DNA from: an uncultured Clostridia bacterium
Lineage (GTDB): Bacteria > Bacillota > Clostridia > Christensenellales > Aristaeellaceae
DNA: 32,000 nt
NCBI GenBank assembly: GCA_937907055.1
Contig: CALCTW010000083.1
Coordinates: 7,468 to 39,467, forward strand
Direction of reading: 5' to 3'
The notes under the pieces were generated by a model, which saw only the letters and a list, made by a program, of their open reading frames with translations, had not been told where the DNA came from and ran no database searches. Position numbers and translations under genes: made by a program. Positions 31,833-32,000 of this stretch are shown here, piece after piece; positions within the stretch are counted from its first letter, which is position 1; each line of letters begins with the position of its first letter.

Positions 31833-32000
31833 TCATCCACCCTGTAGATCATCAAGGTCATGCACAGATCATGCATCACAAAATCAAAACGGATCTTGAA
31901 ATCGTAATCGTTGCGGATCTTGAAGTTCAGATCGCCGGAGGAGGCGTCCATGCCGTGCGGCAGATAGGCCGCGCCGCTGTCGCCGTGCGGATGCCGTTCC
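31829..32000 (-). CDS. VanW-family paralog, C-terminal 56 codons only (gene continues beyond the window)
   Basis: Manual translation of the minus strand gives ...ERHPHGDSGAAYLPHGMDASSGDLNFKIRNDYDFKIRFDFVMHDLCMTLMIYRVDE*. This aligns with the C-terminus of the downstream VanW protein. The stop TGA (31831-31829) overlaps the next ATG (ATGA). Confidence 0.7.
   Translation of the reverse strand, partial: ERHPHGDSGAAYLPHGMDASSGDLNFKIRNDYDFKIRFDFVMHDLCMTLMIYRVDE

Noticed and set aside
1-32000. Mobile genetic element, prophage, genomic-island boundaries or RNA genes
   Set aside because: I recognised no integrase, transposase, recombinase, phage structural genes, long terminal inverted repeats, or tRNA/rRNA genes. 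Lower-GC patches are confined to intergenic regions.

Overview
High-GC (roughly 60% by eye) chromosomal segment. Its gene content and synteny look like a Clostridia-type Firmicute, for example the PDZ/radical-SAM DUF512-der-plsY operon and an FtsK/SpoIIIE with a long Pro/Ala linker; this taxonomy is inference. I can support 24 protein-coding genes, one of them partial at the 3' edge. Most have recognisable catalytic motifs, Shine-Dalgarno sites and hairpin terminators. I found no rRNA, tRNA, CRISPR array, transposase, integrase or phage genes. Housekeeping genes are ftsK, pepO, plsY, der, kdgK and recO. They are interleaved with accessory or poorly understood genes: a GH43 glycosidase, a zinc-ribbon/TM2 protein divergent from a VanZ-RDD fusion, and a 78-aa peptide with a textbook double-glycine leader next to a MATE exporter. 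Others are a secreted LRR-caspase-like protease, an asymmetric heterodimeric ABC exporter, a NUDIX/MFS divergent pair and tandem SH3b-VanW paralogs. There is also a cluster of Na+/solute symporter, acyl-CoA synthetase, LysR, amidohydrolase and creatininase-family genes. Four items deserve a second look. (1) The orphan Gly-Gly-leader peptide has a 60-aa Cys/His core and no cognate processing or export genes nearby. (2) An in-frame TAG sits at codon 22 of an otherwise intact, well-expressed-looking acyl-CoA synthetase, in a window where none of the 24 stop codons is TAG. (3) The exported LRR-caspase protein. (4) A 690-bp non-coding gap carries a tandem 33-nt repeat and a long structured element. 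All functional calls come from motif recognition by eye; no database search was run.
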